This document shows, piece after piece, positions 1-8,361 of a stretch of DNA of 64,000 bases (the stretch's first letter is position 1; every line of letters starts with the position of its first letter). The notes beneath the pieces were generated by a model that did not search any database, was not told where the DNA came from, and saw nothing but the letters and a program-made list of their open reading frames with translations. The translations under genes were made by a program, and so were the position numbers. The stretch covers positions 7,943 to 71,942 of the forward strand of contig CAXPTH010000023.1 in assembly GCA_964220215.1 (NCBI GenBank). The letters run 5' to 3'. Source of the stretch: Alteromonas sp. Its GTDB lineage: Bacteria; Margulisbacteria; Marinamargulisbacteria; UBA6595.

Positions 1-625
1 GAATGTCGGCTGCCGTTTGCACAAACGATAAGGCAACATAGTCCAGATCATTGGCTAGGGCCAAGTCTAAATCAATCCGGTCTTTCTCGGTCAATACCCC
101 GGTGTGAATGGCTGTTTGGGGAATGTTCACGCCTTTTTTATTTCGAATAACCCCACCATGCGCCACAGTACATACGAGACTATCGGCCATTTTTTCTGTC
201 ACCGTTAGCTTTAGTTTTCCGTCATCAATGTAAATGGGATCGCCCACCTGACAATCTGAAATGACGGTTTGAGACACATGGGCACACGTGTTATCTCCCA
301 GTTGTTCGGGGTCATTCACCAACCGATACAACTGCCCTTTCTTGATGGTTGCGCGACCGTCTTTAAAGGAGCCAACCCGGATTTTTGGGCCTTGCAAATC
401 CAAAAAAATACTCACCCAACGTTGCAAGTCAATCGATGCTTTGCGTATTGTTTGAACCAACTGACGTACCGATTCGGGGTCGCTATTGTGCGAAGCATTA
501 ATCCGAATAACATTGACCCCCGCCACCAACATTGCAGCAATGGTTTGTGGGGATTCGGACGCAGGACCAATGGTGGCTACAATACTGGTGCGTTTTTGAC
601 TAATAATTTCTAAGTTATTGACCAT
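1..625 (-). CDS. pyk: Pyruvate kinase, N-terminal part (runs off the window start)
   Basis: Hand translation of the minus strand from ATG 625: MVNNLEIISQKRTSIVATIGPAS...GVNVIRINASH...LDLQGPKIRVG...IYIDDGKL...KGVNIP. Not in the ORF track because it is truncated. Confidence 0.93.
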   Translation of the reverse strand, partial: MVNNLEIISQKRTSIVATIGPASESPQTIAAMLVAGVNVIRINASHNSDPESVRQLVQTIRKASIDLQRWVSIFLDLQGPKIRVGSFKDGRATIKKGQLYRLVNDPEQLGDNTCAHVSQTVISDCQVGDPIYIDDGKLKLTVTEKMADSLVCTVAHGGVIRNKKGVNIPQTAIHTGVLTEKDRIDLDLALANDLDYVALSFVQTAADI

Positions 626-720
626 AATCAACTCTTTATAATATCACACCTGGGGATACACCACAGTGCCAAACCCATTTGCCCCATTGATGGCGTTACC
701 GTCGGATTGTATTCGAAATA

Positions 721-749
721 TTGACATAATCAGAATTAATTATTATATT
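721..749 (+). promoter_or_regulatory. Sigma70-type promoter TTGACA-N17-TATATT
   Basis: Near-consensus -35/-10 with 17-nt spacer in AT-rich DNA upstream of the proline-rich ORF. Confidence 0.6.
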
Positions 750-957
750 ATCAAATAAATATATTTAAATTTTGATTAAATAACAACTTTTAAATAATAT
801 TTTTTATTATTTTGTAAATAAATAGAAGTGGGGAGGCTTCAAAAACACGATTGGATTATTGAATTATTAATACCATAGTTTATAAGTTTTAAAAAAAGCA
901 ACTTTTAAAACAACTGTTTTAATGTTGTTTATACCAGTGATAGGAGATTTCACAACC

Positions 958-1206
958 ATGATTAATGGAACACCAAATACAACAAATACACCAAATCAGC
1001 AGCAGCCGCCGCCGCCAGCTGCACCCAGATTGCGGCCAGCGGCACCCAAATTGCAGCCAGCGGTACCACCAGCGGTACCAAATGATTTAGAACCTCTACC
1101 AGATGCAGCAAACAGCGACCAATCAACAACCGCTCCCAACTCACCAAGAAGCCTTTCCAGCTCGCCATCAACCCCCCCCCAAACACCAAGACAACATGAT
1201 AATTAA
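958..1206 (+). CDS. Small Pro/Ser-rich low-complexity hypothetical protein (82 aa)
   Basis: ATG 958 is preceded by AGGAGA; the ORF is a GC-rich island within AT-rich flanks and has in-frame repeats (PAAPRLR/PAAPKLQ, PAVP x2). Confidence 0.6.
   Translation: MINGTPNTTNTPNQQQPPPPAAPRLRPAAPKLQPAVPPAVPNDLEPLPDAANSDQSTTAPNSPRSLSSSPSTPPQTPRQHDN
1014..1080 (+). repeat. In-frame tandem repeats (21-bp unit x2, then 12-bp CCAGCGGTACCA x2)
   Basis: gccagctgcacccagattgcg / gccagcggcacccaaattgca / g-ccagcggtacca-ccagcggtacca. Confidence 0.8.
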
Positions 1207-1231
1207 ATTAGGGAATTAAACTAAGGTCTAA

Positions 1232-1307
1232 TGGTGGAGCCACGGGGGATCGAACCCCGGACCTCTAGCATGCCATGCTAGCGCTCTCCCAGCTGAGCTA
1301 TAGCCCC
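1232..1307 (-). tRNA. tRNA-Ala(GGC)
   Basis: Reverse complement GGGGCTATAGCTCAGCTGGGAGAGCGCTAGCATGGCATGCTAGAGGTCCGGGGTTCGATCCCCCGTGGCTCCACCA: 76 nt, GGC anticodon, G3:U70 pair, encoded CCA. Confidence 0.98.
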
Positions 1308-1331
1308 AATATATGGTAGTATACCATATGC

Positions 1332-2408
1332 ATGTCTCGGTTAAGCAAAACAATTTTAAACAACTTTAGCACCTACTTTATGATTAGCGTTGTTTTGTTC
1401 ACCAGCATTCTTACTGGAACGGCTATTATGTTCGAGGCCATTACGATGGCCTTTGAGTTTGGGTTAAACGCCTTAGACCTTATTATTTTAATTGTATACC
1501 AAGCCCCCCGACTCATTACCTACAGCTTCGGGTTATCCGCCCTGATTGTGGGCAGCATCATCACCAGTAGCATGAGCCAAAACCGAGAACTTGTTGCGCT
1601 GCGAGCCGCCGGCGTTGGCTATGGGCGGGTCTTTCGGCTGTTGGTCGTATGCGGCGCCATCATTACCCTGGGATTCATCGGCATTAACGAGACACTCGTC
1701 CCCTATTGTGAACGCCAAGTGGATGACTTTCAGTACTACCTTCAAGAAACCAAGCAGCCCAATATTCAGCCAGGAACCAGCTACATTGAATACGACGGCA
1801 AACAACCCAAGAGACTCATTTATGTCCACGATGCTAACGAGAATCAACTCAACGATATAACATTAATTGATTACACACAAACGGGTGGCGTTCAAAGCAT
1901 CTCACAAGCCAAATCCGGCGCATGGTTACCCGGCCTGGGTTGGCGATTTTACAATGGACTGCTCTACGCATTAAGCGGGCAATCCCTCATTGAGATTGGC
2001 TATGAGCGTCAGCATATTAACCTCATTGATTTTCGCAAGCAATCCAGCCGATCCGTTCGGGAACTGAATAGCTATGACCTCTACCACGCATTAATTCAAA
2101 AAAACAAAGCGGGAACAAAGACCCCCCAAGAATGGGTCGAGTTTCATTTAAAATTTGCCCTGCCGGTATCCTGCCTCATTTTTACACTGCTGGGCGCAGC
2201 CTTGGGGGTTCAGCCCATGCGTCAGCGGCAATCCAACCCGCTCGGGGCATGCGCGCTAATTATTATTGGGTATTACGTGATCCTATCCATCGCCACCAGC
2301 ATCGCCATGAACGGCACCCTATCCCCAGCACTCGCTGCCTGGCTGCCCAATGGCGTCATGGGGGGGCTAATGGTGTATGTCTTGCGAAACCGATTAACCC
2401 ACCGATAA
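1332..2408 (+). CDS. LptF/LptG family LPS export permease
   Basis: 3 TM + periplasmic domain + 3 TM; motifs NRELVALRAAGV, KFALPVSCLIFTLLG, AAWLPN. Confidence 0.88.
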   Translation: MSRLSKTILNNFSTYFMISVVLFTSILTGTAIMFEAITMAFEFGLNALDLIILIVYQAPRLITYSFGLSALIVGSIITSSMSQNRELVALRAAGVGYGRVFRLLVVCGAIITLGFIGINETLVPYCERQVDDFQYYLQETKQPNIQPGTSYIEYDGKQPKRLIYVHDANENQLNDITLIDYTQTGGVQSISQAKSGAWLPGLGWRFYNGLLYALSGQSLIEIGYERQHINLIDFRKQSSRSVRELNSYDLYHALIQKNKAGTKTPQEWVEFHLKFALPVSCLIFTLLGAALGVQPMRQRQSNPLGACALIIIGYYVILSIATSIAMNGTLSPALAAWLPNGVMGGLMVYVLRNRLTHR

Positions 2409-2456
2409 GCATCATTTAGATATTGACAGAGCCAGTAGACGATGCCAACAGACCGT

Positions 2457-3512
2457 CTAGCCCGCCTCTTGAAACGACTCAATAATTTTCCGTTGCTTTT
2501 TAGATAGTTTTTTGGGAATATCCACACTAATTTTGACATACTGGTCCCCACGGCCAAACCCTTTCAAATGTTTAATCCCTTTACTTTTTAATCGAAACCG
2601 TGTCCCCGGCTGCGTCCCTTCTGGAATCCGCAACGTTGCCGTTCCTTCAATGGTTTTAACATCCAACTGTGCACCCAATAAAGCATCCACAAATGAAATC
2701 GTTTCTTCACTGTACAAATCATCGCCATCGCGCTCAAACACAGCATGATCCCGGACATGAATCACCACATACAAGTCCCCCGGAGGGCCACCCCGTTGCC
2801 CAGCATTACCGCCGCCGTCTACCCGAAGCTTCGTGCCTGAACCAATACCGGCGGGAATATTCAAATCCAAGGATTTGGTCTTTTTGGCTACCCCATGCCC
2901 CTTACAGTCGGTGCATTTATCTTTAATGGTTTTGCCCTCACCGCGACAATCCGGACAGGTTGTAATCTGCGCAAACTGCCCCAACATGGTTTGCTGAACA
3001 TGCTGAATTTCACCACTCCCCTGGCATCGGGAACAGGTATCCACCGACGAGCCTGGCTTTGCGCCGCTTCCATCACAGGGTTTGCACATGGCCAAATGCT
3101 CGTATTCAACCGTTCGCGTACAGCCATCCACAACATCTTCCAAGGTAATGGTGCAATCGTAGCGCAAGCTGTCGCCCTGGGTGGCCCGCTGTTGACTGCG
3201 CCGACCACCGCCACCAAACACAGAATCAAAAATATCCTCCATGCTGCCAAAGCCACCAAAACCACCACCACCAAAGCCACCAAAACCGCCGGCACCCGGC
3301 TGATCATCAGTCACGCCGTACTGATCGTATTGGGCACGCTTTTGCGAATCAGACAAAATGTCATACGCTTTTTGAACCTCGTTAAACTTGGTCTGCGCAC
3401 CCGGATCCTTATTCACATCCGGGTGATATTGGCGGGCTAACTTTCGATACGCCCGCTTAATATCTGCGTCACTGGCTGACGCATCAATGCCCAATACCTG
3501 ATACAAATCCAT
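2457..3512 (-). CDS. dnaJ: Chaperone DnaJ
   Basis: J domain with HPD, G/F-rich linker, four CxxCxGxG repeats. Confidence 0.97.
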   Translation of the reverse strand: MDLYQVLGIDASASDADIKRAYRKLARQYHPDVNKDPGAQTKFNEVQKAYDILSDSQKRAQYDQYGVTDDQPGAGGFGGFGGGGFGGFGSMEDIFDSVFGGGGRRSQQRATQGDSLRYDCTITLEDVVDGCTRTVEYEHLAMCKPCDGSGAKPGSSVDTCSRCQGSGEIQHVQQTMLGQFAQITTCPDCRGEGKTIKDKCTDCKGHGVAKKTKSLDLNIPAGIGSGTKLRVDGGGNAGQRGGPPGDLYVVIHVRDHAVFERDGDDLYSEETISFVDALLGAQLDVKTIEGTATLRIPEGTQPGTRFRLKSKGIKHLKGFGRGDQYVKISVDIPKKLSKKQRKIIESFQEAG

Positions 3513-3514
3513 AA

Positions 3515-5428
3515 TTATTTAGCCGTTTTTTCTTTGTCTTCTTCGGACTTTTCTTGAAAATCAGCGTCTACCACATCATCGTCTTTGGACGAGTTGGCTG
3601 TAGCCTCAGCGGCATTGGCCTCCGCCTCCGGAGCTGCGGCTTTGTACAACTCTTCGGCAAACTGATGAACTTCTTTTTGTGCCGCTTCAAAGGCTGTTTT
3701 GATCGCCTCCGAATCATCCGACTCCAAGGCTGTTTTAACACTGGCTAGTGCTGTTTCAATTTTTGCTTTGGTTTCATCGCTAATTTTGTCCTTACCGTCG
3801 GATACCATTTTTTCGGTATTGTACACAAATGAATCCGCTTCGTTGCGCACTTCAATCGCGGCTTTTTTCTTTTCATCATCCGCTGCATTTTTCTCTGCGT
3901 CTTGCGTCATGCGCTCCACATCCTCTTTTGACAAGCCAGAGCCCGTTGTAATCGTGGCCGTTTGCTCTTTTCCCGTGCCCTTATCTTTGGCTTTAACGTT
4001 TAAAATACCGTTGGCATCAATATCAAACGTGACTTCAATTTGAGGCACACCCCGGGGGGCTGAGGGAATCCCACTCAAGGTAACTTCTCCCAACAATCGG
4101 TTGTCTTCAGCCATAGCACGCTCCCCTTGAAACACCCGCACCTGTACGCTGGTCTGATTGTCCGCTGCTGTTGAAAACACTTGGCTTTTGGAGGTTGGAA
4201 TGGTGGTGTTTTTTTCAACCAATTTTGTTGCCACCCCACCCAAGGTTTCGATGCTCAATGACAACGGCGTCACATCCAACAAGACCACGTCTTTGACATC
4301 TCCAGACAATACAGCACCTTGAATGGCAGCGCCCATCGCCACAACCTCGTCTGGGTTAACCCCTTTGCTCGGTGCTTTACCGAAAAATTTCTCAACGGCA
4401 TTTTGAATGGCTGGAATTCGGGTCGTGCCGCCAACTAAAATAATTTCATGAATGTCTGATTTGGCCAATCCGGCATCGGTTAGCGCCACTTGACATGGCG
4501 TCATGGACCGCTCGATAACATCGGCAATCATTTGCTCAAATTTTGACCGAGGCAAGTCCAAGTTTAAGTGTTTGGGCCCCGTATTATCCGCCGTGATAAA
4601 GGGCAGGTTAATGGACGTCGTTTGGGCGCTCGACAATTCAATCTTAGCTTTTTCTGCGGATTCTTTTAACCGCTGTAAAGCCATATGATCGCTGCTTAAA
4701 TCAATGCCTTGATCTTTTTTGAATTCTGAAATTAACCAATCAATAATAATTTGGTCAATGTCATCCCCGCCCAAGTGCGTGTCCCCATTGGTTGACAACA
4801 CTTCAAAAACGCCATCGCCGATTTCTAAAATCGACACATCAAAGGTCCCGCCGCCAAAGTCATACACAACAATTTTTTGATCATTTTGCTTGTCCAGGCC
4901 ATAGGATAGCGCCGCTGCGGTTGGCTCATTGATAATACGCAACACCTCCAAACCGGCGATTTGACCCGCATCTTTGGTCGCTTGGCGCTGACTATCATTA
5001 AAATAGGCCGGAACCGTAATCACCGCTTGCGTTACGGACTCCCCCAAATACGCCTCAGCATCCGCCTTGATTTTTTGCAACACTTTGGCTGAAATTTCTG
5101 GTGGCGTGTACGCTTTACCTCCAGCTGAAATTGTAATAACCCCGTCTTTTCGGTGGCCCACTGTGTAAGGCACCATTTTTTCTTCACTGCCAACTTCATC
5201 GTGGCGTCGCCCAATAAATCGCTTCGCTGAGTAGACCGTATTTTCAGCATTGGTTACCGCTTGTCGTTTGGCAGCGGCACCCACCAATACCTCTTCACCG
5301 GCAAAGGCTACGACGGACGGTGTGGTTCGATTGCCTTCAGCGTTGGTAATGACAACGGGCTCGCCGCCTTCCATGACCGCCACACACGAGTTGGTTGTTC
5401 CTAAATCAATTCCAATTATTTTTCCCAT
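3515..5428 (-). CDS. dnaK: Chaperone DnaK
   Basis: [27 protein letters not shown] motifs. Confidence 0.99.
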   Translation of the reverse strand: MGKIIGIDLGTTNSCVAVMEGGEPVVITNAEGNRTTPSVVAFAGEEVLVGAAAKRQAVTNAENTVYSAKRFIGRRHDEVGSEEKMVPYTVGHRKDGVITISAGGKAYTPPEISAKVLQKIKADAEAYLGESVTQAVITVPAYFNDSQRQATKDAGQIAGLEVLRIINEPTAAALSYGLDKQNDQKIVVYDFGGGTFDVSILEIGDGVFEVLSTNGDTHLGGDDIDQIIIDWLISEFKKDQGIDLSSDHMALQRLKESAEKAKIELSSAQTTSINLPFITADNTGPKHLNLDLPRSKFEQMIADVIERSMTPCQVALTDAGLAKSDIHEIILVGGTTRIPAIQNAVEKFFGKAPSKGVNPDEVVAMGAAIQGAVLSGDVKDVVLLDVTPLSLSIETLGGVATKLVEKNTTIPTSKSQVFSTAADNQTSVQVRVFQGERAMAEDNRLLGEVTLSGIPSAPRGVPQIEVTFDIDANGILNVKAKDKGTGKEQTATITTGSGLSKEDVERMTQDAEKNAADDEKKKAAIEVRNEADSFVYNTEKMVSDGKDKISDETKAKIETALASVKTALESDDSEAIKTAFEAAQKEVHQFAEELYKAAAPEAEANAAEATANSSKDDDVVDADFQEKSEEDKEKTAK

Positions 5429-5431
5429 AAC

Positions 5432-6064
5432 TTATTGCTCCTTTTTTTCTTTTTTTACTGCTTTTTCTTCCGACTGATTTGCCGACGTTTCCGCGGACTT
5501 TGTGTCTGGACCGGTTGACACAATCACCATGGCTGGCCGGACAACCCGATCATAGTAGGTGTAGCCCGTTTGAACCACTTGAACAATGTGATTCGCCGGT
5601 ACCGTATCCGAGGCCACCTGACTAATGGCTTGATGGCAATGCGGATCAAAGGCCCCATCGGTTTGAATCGGCACCACCGATGATTTTTCCAATAAACCTA
5701 AGATTTGTTGCTGGATTAACACAAATCCAGCAACAACCGATGTTTGATCCGTTTGGCCATCCGATGCCTTGTCTTGGGCTGGGTTGGCAAACGCCATGGC
5801 TTGATCAAAACCATCTAAAATTGGGATTAAATCCCGAATAAATGACTCCAACGCAAATTTCACCGCTGTCTCTTTATCCTGCTGCAAGCGACGCTTAAAA
5901 TTTTCGCTATCCGCCCGAACACGAAGCAATTGATCTTTATGCTCAGCGACAGCGGCTTCAAGCGCTGCTTGAGTGGCATGGACTGCCGATTCATCGGTGT
6001 CGGGTTGCGTGGCATTCTGCGTCGAGATGGGCTCGTCTACAGACTCCTGGGCATGCTCACTCAT
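5432..6064 (-). CDS. grpE: Nucleotide exchange factor GrpE
   Basis: RADSENFKRR, FDPHCHQAI, GY...VVRPAMVIV; AAGGAGG RBS; start is ATG 6064 or TTG 6070. Confidence 0.95.
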   Translation of the reverse strand: MSEHAQESVDEPISTQNATQPDTDESAVHATQAALEAAVAEHKDQLLRVRADSENFKRRLQQDKETAVKFALESFIRDLIPILDGFDQAMAFANPAQDKASDGQTDQTSVVAGFVLIQQQILGLLEKSSVVPIQTDGAFDPHCHQAISQVASDTVPANHIVQVVQTGYTYYDRVVRPAMVIVSTGPDTKSAETSANQSEEKAVKKEKKEQ

Positions 6065-6193
6065 AGTCAAAACCTCCTTGTTTGTTTAATTTTATTACAC
6101 CGGTGTTCCATTTATGAACACCTTGTTCTTTACTCGTTTTAGTGTACCACACGTAACGATTATCTATCGACCTTGTCATGCTTTTATAAGTGT

Positions 6194-6210
6194 GCACACT
6201 TTGTGCCAAC
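6194..6210 (-). promoter_or_regulatory. Sigma54-like -24/-12 motif upstream of grpE (TTGGCACAAAGTGTGC)
   Basis: GG-N10-GC spacing with TGGCAC; overlaps the perfect palindrome AAGTGTGCACACTT (6188-6201). Confidence 0.45.
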
Positions 6211-6236
6211 TACCGAACCCCGGTTTGTCTTTCGGC

Positions 6237-7457
6237 TTAAATATACCCAACTGGAATTGCATCAACGTCACGGGATAGTGGAATGGCGTCTTCTCGAAGA
6301 CAAATAACCGCACCATGACCGATGGGTTTACCCAGCCTTTCTAATACTGAAAAGTGCTTAGCCGCAGACATCGACGGCGTTGCCGTTTTTTTGAATTCTA
6401 CAGGATAGAGGGCACCCCCGGTGTCTATTACAAGATCAATTTCTTTTTGATCCGCATCACGGTAGTAGTAAACATGGGCATCTAACCCATTATGCCAATA
6501 ACTTTTCAGTATTTCTATAAACATGTAGGTCTCTAATATAGCCCCAGACATTGCCCCTTTTTCCAATGATTCCGGGTCCACCCACCGCGTTAAATACGCA
6601 CAAAGACCTGTATCTAAAAAGTAGACTTTCGGTGCTTTTACCAGACGTTTTGTTACATTGCTATAATACGGTCGGAGCAAATAAACTAGCCCGGATGTTT
6701 CGAGGACTGAAAGCCAAGATTTTGACGTTTTCACATCAATACCAACGTCTCTGGCAATATCTGAATAATTTAAAAGCTGACCGGTTCGTGCTGCAACGGC
6801 ACTAATAAAATTATAAAACGCTGTGTTGTCCGAAACATTCAAACTATCTTTTACATCCCGATTAATATAGGTTTGGATATAGGAGCTGTAAAACCGCCCG
6901 CTTGTTTTCTTATCGGCATACTGGATTGCTTTAGGATAAGAACCCCTCCATATTTGATTGTAGACATCCATGACGGGCTTGGATCCTTTGAACCGGTTTT
7001 TTTCAATCCATTCTTTTGTTGGCATAAATGGCATTTGTTTTTGGGCATTGCCATTAATCTCTGATTGAGAAAATCCAAGAAGATCAACAATTGCAACACG
7101 TCCAGCCAAACTTTCTGTAATGCCCTTCATGAGATGAAATTTCTGAGAACCGGTTAACCAGTACATACCCTCTTTCTTATGCTTGTCTACCGCCATTTTT
7201 ATATAACTAAACAGGTTGGGTGCATACTGAACTTCATCAATAATTAGTGGGGCTTTGTATGTTTGAATAAATAGCCCTGGGTCGTTTTGAGCCATTTGAC
7301 GCGCATCCAGATCATCCAGTGTTACATAACCTCTATGATTTTCTTTGCACATCTCCAGCAAGGTTGTTTTTCCCACTTGCCTTGGACCAGTAATCAGAAG
7401 CACAGGAAACGCTTTACTGATCTCTTCAACTGTTTTTTCTAAGGTTCTTTTATACAC
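6237..7457 (-). CDS. AAA_14 ATPase with DUF4143 domain
   Basis: Walker A GPRQVGKTT, IIDEVQ, LTGS, ESLAGR, KVYFLDTGL, EIDLV...VEFK; probable GTG start at 7457 after GGAG. Confidence 0.9.
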   Translation of the reverse strand: MYKRTLEKTVEEISKAFPVLLITGPRQVGKTTLLEMCKENHRGYVTLDDLDARQMAQNDPGLFIQTYKAPLIIDEVQYAPNLFSYIKMAVDKHKKEGMYWLTGSQKFHLMKGITESLAGRVAIVDLLGFSQSEINGNAQKQMPFMPTKEWIEKNRFKGSKPVMDVYNQIWRGSYPKAIQYADKKTSGRFYSSYIQTYINRDVKDSLNVSDNTAFYNFISAVAARTGQLLNYSDIARDVGIDVKTSKSWLSVLETSGLVYLLRPYYSNVTKRLVKAPKVYFLDTGLCAYLTRWVDPESLEKGAMSGAILETYMFIEILKSYWHNGLDAHVYYYRDADQKEIDLVIDTGGALYPVEFKKTATPSMSAAKHFSVLERLGKPIGHGAVICLREDAIPLSRDVDAIPVGYI

Positions 7458-7539
7458 ATGCAATCTCCGTTTATTTTGGAACTTGTTTCCAATATATACG
7501 ACAATCGTCAATAAATCAAGCGTTTATTGCGTATGACTG

Positions 7540-7556
7540 GCATAATTTGTACCAAC
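7540..7556 (-). promoter_or_regulatory. Second sigma54-like motif (TTGGTACAAATTATGC) upstream of the AAA/DUF4143 gene
   Basis: GG-N10-GC spacing; 14/17 identical to the 6194-6210 motif. Confidence 0.35.
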
Positions 7557-7560
7557 CGGG

Positions 7561-8361
7561 TTAAGCATTGGTTGGTGGTGATAGCACCGGACCATAGCTG
7601 GCCGTTATTGTACAGCTTGGGTCGGCGAGTTGGGATCGAAGCACATAAAACTGATTGCCAACATCAAAGTGCCACCACTCATAGGGAAAATTGGTAAACC
7701 CAGCACGTGTCATCACTGAAAATAATAATCGGCGATTGTCCCGTATAGGTGAATCTTGTCCTTCAAAATAATTGGTATGCGCCCGGTCTCTAAAATCATC
7801 AAATTCCGTACCCATATCCAAAGGGTTCCCGTTGGCGTCTACTATCGTCACGTCCACCGACCCGCCAGTCAAATGCGGGGACGGGCAGTGCGGATCGTCC
7901 GACGGCAGTGACACAAAACGTTGAGTTTTAATGATTGCAAGACGGTCAAATTCAGCCTGATCTGCATCGGTACGGCGGTTCCCCAGATCAAACAACCGTT
8001 TCTCCTCCGGCGACGCCCACGCCGATGCATCCGCACACACTGTTGCCTTGTAGGCATCAAACAAGGCCTGTTGCACCGAAATGGGGCGCCACCCATCCCA
8101 CACCTGCAACCTATAGCCTGGATGCGTCTCTTGCAAATACTGTTGAGCCAACAGAAGCTTGTCTAGGACCGTCTCTCGAACATAGATCTCCGGCAACGCG
8201 CCGTGAATGCCCTGAGCATAGTACGCCGAGGCCACCACCAACCCACTATCCCCAATGGAAACCAGGGGTTCACCCGTGTCTTGAATCGGTATTGTTTTCC
8301 AGGCCAACGACCATCGCTCGGGTGGGCAATCGATGCCGAAATGGCCGGGCGCCTGACTCAT
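7561..8361 (-). CDS. D-Ala-D-Ala dipeptidase (VanX/DdpX, peptidase M15D)
   Basis: DGWRP, SPHLTGGSVD (SxHxxGxxxD), DMGTEFDDF, EWWHF; ATG 8361 overlaps the murF stop (ATGA). Confidence 0.88.
   Translation of the reverse strand: MSQAPGHFGIDCPPERWSLAWKTIPIQDTGEPLVSIGDSGLVVASAYYAQGIHGALPEIYVRETVLDKLLLAQQYLQETHPGYRLQVWDGWRPISVQQALFDAYKATVCADASAWASPEEKRLFDLGNRRTDADQAEFDRLAIIKTQRFVSLPSDDPHCPSPHLTGGSVDVTIVDANGNPLDMGTEFDDFRDRAHTNYFEGQDSPIRDNRRLLFSVMTRAGFTNFPYEWWHFDVGNQFYVLRSQLADPSCTITASYGPVLSPPTNA

Noticed and set aside
269-613. 114-aa plus-strand ORF, and the many similar 60-190 aa overlapping ORFs across the window
   Set aside because: These are antisense or off-frame shadows of clearly identified genes (here pyk) with no motifs of their own.
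1014-1080. CRISPR-like repeat array
   Set aside because: The repeats are contiguous in-frame coding duplications without spacers, and no cas genes are present.
630-1231. Prophage or integrative element at tRNA-Ala
   Set aside because: No integrase, and no duplicated tRNA 3' end was seen in the window.
6071-6236. CIRCE element or LexA box upstream of grpE
   Set aside because: There is no CIRCE match, and the GTTC/GAAC half-sites do not have the GAAC-N4-GTTC arrangement.
7561-8361. Vancomycin-resistance cluster
   Set aside because: No vanH, vanA, vanR or vanS is nearby, and the ddl has the D-Ala-D-Ala-type tyrosine.
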